64,000 nucleotides of DNA from positions 4,421 through 68,420 of IMG/VR virus record IMGVR_UViG_3300025929_000003; one strand, given 5' to 3'. The position numbers were made by a program, and so were the translations under genes. Shown in pieces: positions 56,105 through 64,000 of the stretch. The notes below the pieces were generated by a model, which ran no database searches, was not told the origin of the DNA, and saw only the letters and a program-made list of their open reading frames with translations. Origin of the DNA: a virus. Numbering within the stretch: the first letter of the stretch is position 1; each line of letters begins with the position of its first letter.

Positions 56105-57628
56105 CTATAACCCATAATCTGTAGCTGCCTTTTTGCTTTTATTAACCAGTGGCGTCCCCGCTGGCGTGGTTGGTATCCTGTGCTTCTTATCAAACTCGGG
56201 ACGTTTCTTAAACAAATCCAAGTGGTTTAATAAAGAATTAGCCACAGTCTTTCCAGCTTCCCCGTCTGTAATGGTAAACACCTGCTCATCTTTTACCTTT
56301 TTGGTTAATGGCTTGCCAGTTTTATCGTTAATGATAGGTTTACCTAATTGTGGGTTAGGAATAGTTTTACTGGCATCGTTAGGGTCGGGGATAGTGTGGC
56401 GCTCATCCAATACCGGCACCTCGGTTGTAGCACCTGGTTTCCCCGGCATGGTAATGGTAAATCCATTCGTAGATGGCGAGAAGTGACCACCCGCGGCGTT
56501 CGCGGCCCTGATTAGCTTATCTGTTGACGCTTGGTCACCTTGCTGTACTTGTTGTATAAACTTATCTCTATCATCATCCTCTGCTGGATGTGCTTGGTCA
56601 AATCTATATTTATCCCAAAGATGTTCATTGTACTTATCGGGTGTAACTACACGAGACTTATTCACCAACGATGTGCCATACTTGCCAGCGTCTGAGATAA
56701 ATTGACCATACCCTGCATTTTGCTTTGTAATAGCCGCTTGCAATTTCTCTTTGGCATAAGTATCGCCGGGGGCGATGCCCAATTTGGTTAATACCTCCGC
56801 ATTGTGGGCTTCAGTAGGGTTATCCAGCATCTGCTGCGCGATATGGTCTGTTGCCTGTGCGTTGGTATACCATACCCGTTTGCCATTCTTATCGTACACA
56901 CTACCGATATCCCCCAATTCTGGGTCAATACCATATTTAGTCTTTTTAAGGTTATTCCAGCGAGGGTCGGCAGAGTTAACATATGCCTGCTGCATCATGG
57001 AACTGGTGTCGGGCACAATCGTTTTTACTGTCCCATTCCCTTGTTCAATGTGCACTGGTTTAATCAGCTTATTAAAGTCATCAATACCAGATGGCGTACC
57101 CTGCAGTTGTGGCGCGGGCTTACCAAAGTAATCGGTAGGCTTTGCCAAAGCACCTTGCACAAACTGGTTCACCTGTTGCTTGCTATCTTCTGTAAAACGG
57201 TTATCATGGTCCGCGGCTACCATTGGCAATAATTTGCCGATAGACTGCTCCAACTCTTTTGATTGACGCGCTTTTAATAAAATATCATTCTTGCGTTGTT
57301 CAAACTCGGGGTTGCCAAAAGGCGAACGCCCTGTTTTTGCTTGATAGGCGGCGGCATCGGTTAGGTATTGATTCCACTGGTCGTTAATCGGCTTACCAGC
57401 TTGTGCCCAATACTCGGGTAGCTTTTGAGCGGCTAAGTCTTTTTGGTATTGCGCCTGCAATAGTTGTTGTTGCTTTTGTTGCTGCAAAGCCGCATTACGC
57501 AAGTCTGCCGCATGTTGCTGGCCCAACTGCATCGCATATTTTTCAGTATTTGACTGAGGCAATACAAACGCTAAACCCTGGCCTATGCCATCTGTTGCGT
57601 TACCAATAAATCCCGGTGCTACTGCCAT
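56105..57628 (-). CDS. Ejection (internal virion) protein
   Basis: 507 aa, Gln/Ala-rich helical, between the pilot-like and large ejection genes. Confidence 0.6.
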   Translation of the reverse strand: MAVAPGFIGNATDGIGQGLAFVLPQSNTEKYAMQLGQQHAADLRNAALQQQKQQQLLQAQYQKDLAAQKLPEYWAQAGKPINDQWNQYLTDAAAYQAKTGRSPFGNPEFEQRKNDILLKARQSKELEQSIGKLLPMVAADHDNRFTEDSKQQVNQFVQGALAKPTDYFGKPAPQLQGTPSGIDDFNKLIKPVHIEQGNGTVKTIVPDTSSMMQQAYVNSADPRWNNLKKTKYGIDPELGDIGSVYDKNGKRVWYTNAQATDHIAQQMLDNPTEAHNAEVLTKLGIAPGDTYAKEKLQAAITKQNAGYGQFISDAGKYGTSLVNKSRVVTPDKYNEHLWDKYRFDQAHPAEDDDRDKFIQQVQQGDQASTDKLIRAANAAGGHFSPSTNGFTITMPGKPGATTEVPVLDERHTIPDPNDASKTIPNPQLGKPIINDKTGKPLTKKVKDEQVFTITDGEAGKTVANSLLNHLDLFKKRPEFDKKHRIPTTPAGTPLVNKSKKAATDYGL

Positions 57629-57630
57629 TT

Positions 57631-58275
57631 TTATCTACCTGTTTTTTTAAGCCTGTTTGCTGCCATTGCCGCAGCCACATTCGGGTCTGACAATATATTG
57701 CCGTATATTTTATCCTGATACTTGCTATTGGCATAACCTAAGCCAGCGGTACCGATTTGGTCAAGACCACTAAACTCGTTCGTGGCACCAGCGCCCTCTA
57801 ACGAAGCGGCGGTGTTTGCGGTGCGTAGGAACGGCTGTAAGACGTTATTTTGGTACAGCTTATCTTGCCATTGTCCCTCGTTATTCAAAGCACCCTCGTA
57901 GCCATTTAAGGCATCTGCTTTGTAGTTAGCCGCTTTCATAGATAAATCATTGGTGGCGACGTTCTGCCCTTGGTTAATCTTAGCTGCTAAATCCAATAAG
58001 TCACCACCTGACGAAGCGCCTTGTGAACCATTGTAATAGGAGTTAGCACCATTGTTAGCGATGAGTTGTTGTGCCGCCGCTGTTCCGGGCATCCCATTGT
58101 AGTAGTTTTGGGCTGCAAGGTTGGTGGCTAACTTCACTTGCCCCGGCAGTTGCTCTGGCTGGAAGATATTTGATGCCGCCAATTTCTTAGCATCTGCGCG
58201 TTGGTTTGCACCCTGTATAGTTTTGTAAATCCCAAGTCCACCAGAGATAATGGCTCCTGCTGCTAATGCGGTCAT
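57631..58275 (-). CDS. DNA pilot/ejection protein (gp7/gp14-like)
   Basis: Gly/Ala-rich N-terminus MTALAAGAIISGGLG, Asn/Ala/Gln-rich body. Confidence 0.65.
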   Translation of the reverse strand: MTALAAGAIISGGLGIYKTIQGANQRADAKKLAASNIFQPEQLPGQVKLATNLAAQNYYNGMPGTAAAQQLIANNGANSYYNGSQGASSGGDLLDLAAKINQGQNVATNDLSMKAANYKADALNGYEGALNNEGQWQDKLYQNNVLQPFLRTANTAASLEGAGATNEFSGLDQIGTAGLGYANSKYQDKIYGNILSDPNVAAAMAANRLKKTGR

Positions 58276-58700
58276 ATGGCTTTTTGTTTGTATGCTATTA
58301 AAAGCGGGTTATTGTGTTCTTTGAATAATCTTTTTTCTAAGGTAGGTATATCCTGACAATTATCAGGATTTGCATGAATGGTAGTCCATATGCAATCTTC
58401 CAAAACAAAACCCATCCGCCTTACACCCCTCTCGCTTTCTCCTGTATATGGCGCTACTATCCTTACTAATCCATCGTCTGTAATGACATTAATAACCCCC
58501 ATTGAAACGATATAGGAATGGGTTGTTTTATGCACCCTGGATGTTAACCATGCCCCTTTAGGAACAAACATTTCACGAAGATATAAACCGGGGGTAAAGT
58601 AGTGTTTTAGGGGGAACTCTACAGCGCCTATTTGGTGCATAGCAACCTCGCACTCATTGAGTAATTGGTTGTATTCCTTATGTTTTTTAAGTGCTCCCAT
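58272..58700 (-). CDS. Cupin-fold protein of the virion module
   Basis: HYFTPGLYLREMFVPKG.WLT.RVHKTTH...G...EDCIWTTIH. Confidence 0.65.
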   Translation of the reverse strand: MGALKKHKEYNQLLNECEVAMHQIGAVEFPLKHYFTPGLYLREMFVPKGAWLTSRVHKTTHSYIVSMGVINVITDDGLVRIVAPYTGESERGVRRMGFVLEDCIWTTIHANPDNCQDIPTLEKRLFKEHNNPLLIAYKQKAI

Positions 58701-58733
58701 TTTGCATTACAATATTAAGTACAAAAAACCGAA

Positions 58734-59651
58734 TTACATAGCCCTGCGAACTTCAGTATAGTACACTTCTATGGATGAGATTTCTGACGGCTTATCATCG
58801 TTACATTCAAGTTCAAGAATTAACCAACCTCCCTGTAGCATCCGTGCCTTATATAGTACTGTTGCTTGATTGGTTTCGGTAGCGAAATTCGGGTCGTTAA
58901 CATCACCAAGGCATGAGGCCCAAAGTTTCCCATCCACCAAACTAAAGTTGTTTTTCTTTAGACGAGACAACATGCCGTTAGGGAACTGGTTGGTTGGCGC
59001 AATCTGCAATACAGGCGCATACCACCTTCCATTGGCATCTAATCTCAGGTTATACCAAAGTTTGTCTACCTCATATTCGGGGTTAGGCACAATTGAAATC
59101 TGTGCAGGATACTTGGTACCATAGAACATCCCAGCAACAGGATTGGTCTCATGTTCCCACAACCTGCCATTGCTAAATGAATAAAAACTGTCGCCAAACC
59201 TTAGCATGCAGTCTGGCACAAATGAATAGTCAGACGCCCAACGGTTAAACGTTTCGTTAAAGGAAATGGTCGCTGAATTGGTTACCTGCACATCTTGTTG
59301 CTGATAAACACTTAACACATGCAGGGTCAAAGCGCCATCTGAATAGAACTTTAACAGGTCGCCAGTGGTGTATAAAAATGTTTCGGTATAAGTACCCGCC
59401 GCAGACCTTAAAGTGCCCGTATGCGCCCCTAAATCAAGTCGTACGCCACCCGAAGTCCTGCTATCTACAATATAGGTAAACACATAGGTTTCGCCATCAA
59501 TAAACGGCAACGCGGGGGTATAGGTCATCGTTCCTGCAAAGCATGGGTAATGCGTGGCATAGATACCATCTACAACCCAACCACTATCAGCATATTGCAC
59601 TTGTGGGTCGATATATCCTGTTGTTCCTTGTACGATTGAAAATGTTGCCAT
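58734..59651 (-). CDS. Tail stabilisation/nozzle C-terminal-like protein
   Basis: TISFNE..NRW.S.YSF.P..M......FYSF.NG.LWEH...FYG. Confidence 0.55.
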   Translation of the reverse strand: MATFSIVQGTTGYIDPQVQYADSGWVVDGIYATHYPCFAGTMTYTPALPFIDGETYVFTYIVDSRTSGGVRLDLGAHTGTLRSAAGTYTETFLYTTGDLLKFYSDGALTLHVLSVYQQQDVQVTNSATISFNETFNRWASDYSFVPDCMLRFGDSFYSFSNGRLWEHETNPVAGMFYGTKYPAQISIVPNPEYEVDKLWYNLRLDANGRWYAPVLQIAPTNQFPNGMLSRLKKNNFSLVDGKLWASCLGDVNDPNFATETNQATVLYKARMLQGGWLILELECNDDKPSEISSIEVYYTEVRRAM

Positions 59652-59661
59652 GGTATATTGA

Positions 59662-62600
59662 TTAACTTGGGTCTGCCCCTATTTTTACAGTTGACCCATT
59701 TGGTACTGTTCCAGACCATGTGCCGCCGCCCGAAGGAATGGTAGCTACAGTTGTGCAGGTTGGGTTACATACCCTGATAGGCACAGCGAATAAATACGTG
59801 TTAGGGACAACAATGGTAATATCTAAATAACTTACTGTTACCTCTTGTAAATAATCAATTTCAGACGGTACCACAATAGATGTCTCATAATACTGGCACG
59901 GGCTGGTGATATTATTTAAGATGTTAGCCGAAGCGGTGATTGGGCAAGCGTCGGTATTTACCACTGGCGCTACGTATTGATCATTGGTCACTCTATCAGT
60001 TAACAAAGTCCACACACCAGCAATCTTTTTGTACTCATTGTCGGCAACGGGGTTATACCATATATCCCCGTTAGAACCGCCGCTTGGCGCTACATCGGTA
60101 GGATAATTATAGGTAATCGTTGCCGCTTCTGGCACCAAGTCCTGCGCTGACACCTGAGCGATATTAGGGCGTTTAAAGCCGTCTAAACTCATATCGTCTA
60201 AATATATACCCTCCAACACTTTCCACCCCTGTAAGCCAGTATTGCCTCCAATATCGACTAAGCAATAGGCAGATGATGTACGTACCTGATATCCAACTGG
60301 ACGGTTTGGCGCTTGTACAGTTGTAAAACACTGTTTTTTAACTGTACCGTACATGCCACCACCCAAAACAGGGCGATATAAGAAGTAGTCATCCCCCAAA
60401 GCCGTTCCTGTAATGACAAAGCTTTTTAATGTGCCATCATAGGTTACCATGCCCGTAGCCGATTGCTGTGTCACCTCGTAGGTTATACTGTCTGACAATA
60501 AAGGCACAGAGGTGCTCCACTCGCCTGAAACAAAGCCGCCGTTTAAAAGATATTCAGTATGCTGCGCTATAGACCATAGTGCCATTTGATTCTGTTGGTC
60601 GAACTCCCCTGGAATTGCTAAGTCATATTTATCAACCAAACCCAATATACGCTTTGCTTCACTGTCAAAATCGTTCTGAGAGGAGATAGGTTCAACCCCT
60701 TCGCCCCCTATCCTGCAAAAAGCACCTGAATTGGTAGAGGCATGGTATATCCAGTTAGTCCATACAAACACCGATTCGGGGTTATTACCAATACCGCCCT
60801 CATAGTCATACGGCACAAACTCATTTAATAGTTTATCGGTCTGCACTTGAATGGTTTTGCCATCTGTTCCAGTGGTTAAGGTATGGCGAACCGGGATAAA
60901 GCCATCTTTAAGCGGTTTAAAGACGTGTAAGCGACGATTAAGGAACTTGGTGAGTAAGATATCGCCATAAGCATCATTGTTGTCTACGCGGCTTAAATTA
61001 TCGAAATCACTCATACCGTTCACATCGGTATCCTCCAAGTAGTTATTGCTATACCTTGTCCTACTACCAAATTTAATAATTCCCAATCCATTGTCCTGCG
61101 GGTAAACCCGTCCCAAGTCTGATATGTCGCTATGGTAAAAGTCGGAGAAGTTGGGGTCTACAACAGTAGAAACCAATACCTGCGTCCCCGGCACCACGTT
61201 ATTAACGGGTAGTTCCCTATCACGCACATAAGCATCCCCACGGTTTACTTCAACAATTGCGGGTTGTGATGCCGTTTGGTTTTGTACATTACCTTTATGG
61301 TATCTGGTATCGGTCCCCCAGCCTGTTATCTCAAATTTCTGGCTAAAGTCCTGATAGATTTTGTAGTCAGGACTGATGGACAACGATTGTGGCTTAAATA
61401 GTTCAACTTGGCTGTTATCAGCAATGGTAACGCCTTGTAATTTCTTAATCCTGATAATACCACGCCTGTCTATAATCCGATAAGACGGCTGTATATCATC
61501 CTCATCAGCTATTGTACCCAATGAAATTGGACTATCTAAAACATAATCGCTGCCCGAAGTGGAGATAATGGTACGCTCGTTGCCCAATATGCTAATCACC
61601 TTACCCACATAATCGGTGCGCACTGGCTTGCCTGTTTGGATATGGTCGGTACCATGGGTGGAAACGTTATCATCAATCAAATCATCAACCTCGTCCTTAT
61701 AGGACAATATCTCTGTTTCGTAGTAGCCTGTATAAAAAGCGCCTGTATCTACATTCTTGATAAGCCTTATCCTGTCCCCTTTGGCAAACTCATAAGTAAT
61801 AATGGTATTCTCATGTAGCTTTTGATAGGTGAACAAACTGCCTACCACTAAATCGAGATAGTCACTGGTATTATCGGTAGTTACCTCAATCACTTTTTGA
61901 ATGAGTATTTCTACGCCGTGGTTTTGTGGCGATCTAACCAACTTCCAGTATTTAGCCATTATTGGCGGGGTATGGTTAATGGTTATGATATGAACAGGTA
62001 GTTTATACGAGCCTATCTCCGTGATATAAGGAGTACGTATAACCGATAGCGCCGAGGCATAGCCCAAACTCTCCCTGCCGTCGTCATCTACGTACACAAC
62101 AGCATAGTTGGTGATACAGCCGTAGGGAATGATTTGTACGGATGTGCCGTTATCTTTTAACGAGGTGTAGGATACCTGCGTAACTGCTCCTGTCCAATCG
62201 GTAACCGACTGCGCATACTCGCCTAAATACCCATAAGAAAAGAAAACATTCCCATCAATATCGGTACCCTCTGCGCTGATAGCCGCCTCATTGGATGGAT
62301 ATCCCCTGCCAATACCGCGTAAAGCGGCTTTCATTTGTGAGGCAATCGTAGAGGCGGTGTCGCTAAGGGTTGCAGTAAAGGCAAAATAATAGTTGTCGCT
62401 ATCGCCATTGCGCCCGAAGATGAAATACTGAACACCCTTTTTAACCTCAGCACCAATCGTAAACTTAGTAACGGTATTATACCTTGATTTGGACAAGAAA
62501 CTATCCTGATGCCTATCTACGCTTTGACGTTCTACAATTAAACTGGCATTTGACAACTTATTTTCAGTGTCGGGTGGAATGAACAACTCATCCATACGAA

Positions 62601-63675
62601 TACCGACCGTCATTATCGGGCGCACTACTGGCCACCCTTCTTCGGCATTGGTATAGGTCATGGCTGACTTAACGAATGACTGTGTAACTGGTATTCGCGG
62701 TAAGAAAGAATAATTACGGTTTATCTTATCCTGATTAGTGGATACATAAGACCCGTCATTATAAAAGTTATAGATATAACTGCTGTTATCGGCTATCAGT
62801 AGTTCCTCTTTATCAATCGAGGCGCATATCAAAAAGTTGTTGTTCTCTATGCCATCGGTAGTGGTGTTTGCCTGAAAGGCTATTTCAATCTTTTTAACCA
62901 GTTTATTACCTGTGGCAACTGTTACCTGAATACAGTTATTATCAAAAGTAATGGTGTTTACGCCAGTATAACTTTGGTTTGACGGTTTGGGTACCAGCGA
63001 CCAGTCCGACCAGTTTGACTGCTCTTTGTCGTCGTACAGCCACCTTACCGTAAACTTGTATAAGTTTCCATATAGGTTATTTGCGTTGCGCGTGGGGTCT
63101 GTAATGTAGTTACAGGCGGGTGAATACACTGCCGTCTGCTTGTAGGCGGTAATAAAGTCCTCGTAGATGACCGTTCCGTAACCAGCAGAGGTTTTATCCA
63201 TGGCTTTGGCGATATTGAATTTGCGGGCTTTATTCAGGGCATCCACGAAAGTAAATAAGCGGCCTTCGATAATGTCGATGGAATTGATACGGTATTGCTT
63301 TAGGTTACTCCACCTTAAAATATCCACGTCATTACTGTCGGTGCGCGATTGCAATACGATATTCACGACTTTGGATAGGCGGTCGTACTTGTAAATAGTA
63401 TGGAAGCCGTTAGAGTTCCAGATGCAATAGTAAAAGCAGTTGCGTTCTTCGTCGCGCTCTTTACCGATACATAGGTTGTTTCCCGCTGGCAAAATATTGT
63501 CGATAAGGGTGTTGCCAGTAATGGCTTTGGCAACCCGTTTGCTTCCCGATTTGTAGATAAGCATATTCTGCATACGCCTGAACATATTGGCAGGAAGAAG
63601 CTGGTCAGCCGTGTCGGTATCCCTTCCGCCCTCGAAGGTTTGCTTAACTATCTTTTTTTCGTCTTGATTTGCCAT
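59662..63675 (-). CDS. Tail stabilisation/nozzle protein (P22 gp10/crAss-like)
   Basis: 1337 aa, FEGG.DTD..DQL start, beta-propeller-like, SRTRYS, YGDI, YEGGIG.NPES. Confidence 0.65.
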   Translation of the reverse strand: MANQDEKKIVKQTFEGGRDTDTADQLLPANMFRRMQNMLIYKSGSKRVAKAITGNTLIDNILPAGNNLCIGKERDEERNCFYYCIWNSNGFHTIYKYDRLSKVVNIVLQSRTDSNDVDILRWSNLKQYRINSIDIIEGRLFTFVDALNKARKFNIAKAMDKTSAGYGTVIYEDFITAYKQTAVYSPACNYITDPTRNANNLYGNLYKFTVRWLYDDKEQSNWSDWSLVPKPSNQSYTGVNTITFDNNCIQVTVATGNKLVKKIEIAFQANTTTDGIENNNFLICASIDKEELLIADNSSYIYNFYNDGSYVSTNQDKINRNYSFLPRIPVTQSFVKSAMTYTNAEEGWPVVRPIMTVGIRMDELFIPPDTENKLSNASLIVERQSVDRHQDSFLSKSRYNTVTKFTIGAEVKKGVQYFIFGRNGDSDNYYFAFTATLSDTASTIASQMKAALRGIGRGYPSNEAAISAEGTDIDGNVFFSYGYLGEYAQSVTDWTGAVTQVSYTSLKDNGTSVQIIPYGCITNYAVVYVDDDGRESLGYASALSVIRTPYITEIGSYKLPVHIITINHTPPIMAKYWKLVRSPQNHGVEILIQKVIEVTTDNTSDYLDLVVGSLFTYQKLHENTIITYEFAKGDRIRLIKNVDTGAFYTGYYETEILSYKDEVDDLIDDNVSTHGTDHIQTGKPVRTDYVGKVISILGNERTIISTSGSDYVLDSPISLGTIADEDDIQPSYRIIDRRGIIRIKKLQGVTIADNSQVELFKPQSLSISPDYKIYQDFSQKFEITGWGTDTRYHKGNVQNQTASQPAIVEVNRGDAYVRDRELPVNNVVPGTQVLVSTVVDPNFSDFYHSDISDLGRVYPQDNGLGIIKFGSRTRYSNNYLEDTDVNGMSDFDNLSRVDNNDAYGDILLTKFLNRRLHVFKPLKDGFIPVRHTLTTGTDGKTIQVQTDKLLNEFVPYDYEGGIGNNPESVFVWTNWIYHASTNSGAFCRIGGEGVEPISSQNDFDSEAKRILGLVDKYDLAIPGEFDQQNQMALWSIAQHTEYLLNGGFVSGEWSTSVPLLSDSITYEVTQQSATGMVTYDGTLKSFVITGTALGDDYFLYRPVLGGGMYGTVKKQCFTTVQAPNRPVGYQVRTSSAYCLVDIGGNTGLQGWKVLEGIYLDDMSLDGFKRPNIAQVSAQDLVPEAATITYNYPTDVAPSGGSNGDIWYNPVADNEYKKIAGVWTLLTDRVTNDQYVAPVVNTDACPITASANILNNITSPCQYYETSIVVPSEIDYLQEVTVSYLDITIVVPNTYLFAVPIRVCNPTCTTVATIPSGGGTWSGTVPNGSTVKIGADPS

Positions 63676-63711
63676 ACTGTGGGATAAAGGTATGTATTTT
63701 CCTAAACAAAA

Positions 63712-63737
63712 AAACCCTCACTCAAAAGCAAGGGTTT
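63712..63737 (-). terminator. Probable intrinsic terminator
   Basis: AAACCCT...AGGGTTT preceded by an A tract. Confidence 0.5.
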
Positions 63738-63761
63738 CAAAAATAAAAAACACTGAATCAA

Positions 63762-63998
63762 TTATTTAAAAAAGTTCGTTGTGATATATGTTTGAAGCGC
63801 CCCGACGTTGGCAAATGCGGTAGCCGTATCGCCATTAATAACGTCACTGAATAGCCTGTTAAAGATTGATTGACCCGTATATGCATTATATAGCGCAACG
63901 TTATTGCCGTTAGTGGTCATATACACGGAGTTCATCGGATATACGCTTGGTGGGTTTGATAACGGCGTAATGGTGAAATATGTTCCGCCTGTGCTTTT
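63762..63998 (-). CDS. 3' end of a hypothetical (likely virion) protein, truncated by window end
   Basis: Open frame ...KSTGGTYFTITP...LQTYITTNFFK*. Confidence 0.55.
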   Translation of the reverse strand, partial: KSTGGTYFTITPLSNPPSVYPMNSVYMTTNGNNVALYNAYTGQSIFNRLFSDVINGDTATAFANVGALQTYITTNFFK

Positions 63999-64000
63999 GG

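Noticed and set aside
121-63394. Many antisense or overlapping ORF-track entries (e.g. 121-384, 1719-2117, 52560-53144, 56804-57232)
   Set aside because: Shadow frames opposite long, motif-bearing genes
1-64000. CRISPR array or mini-array
   Set aside because: No regularly spaced 25-45 nt direct repeats seen
1-64000. Stop-codon recoding as in some crAss-like phages
   Set aside because: Long genes are intact under code 11, and TAA, TAG and TGA all end apparently complete genes
1-64000. Integrase, att site or host flank (prophage)
   Set aside because: No recombinase or bacterial housekeeping gene is visible; lifestyle cannot be determined from this window

Overview
The whole window is a gene-dense tailed-phage genome segment with a podovirus-like, crAss-related packaging and tail module. 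A Bacteroidota host is inferred from TAnnTTTG -7 promoter boxes, A-rich SD-less or leaderless starts and signal peptides with Gln at +1. The minus-strand left arm carries replication and accessory genes (RepL-like, NinB-like, DUF1376-like, primase-helicase, DNA methylase), then GroES-like, terminase and portal genes. After a divergence point at about 16.85-17.4 kb, a long plus-strand early/middle operon of small genes runs to about 38.9 kb (GHKL ATPase, Sak4-like ATPase, PD-(D/E)xK nuclease, HNHs, XRE regulators, ASCH). The minus-strand late arm (64-41.5 kb) holds tail stabilisation, ejection/polyvalent proteins, a tailspike and a lysis cassette. No capsid, integrase, DNA polymerase, RNA polymerase or CRISPR array is visible. 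The most unusual features are: (1) a 185-nt Leu-type tRNA body whose anticodon arm is replaced by a roughly 100-nt helical insertion, next to a KTSC gene; (2) a complete type III hammerhead ribozyme inside a roughly 640-nt structured non-coding block; (3) two C4/CI-like promoter-antiterminator-terminator leaders and two further folded RNAs; (4) an orphan response-regulator receiver translationally coupled to small membrane proteins in the lysis cassette; and (5) a tailspike with a Sec signal peptide. All family calls are by-eye motif recognition; no database search or folding program was run.
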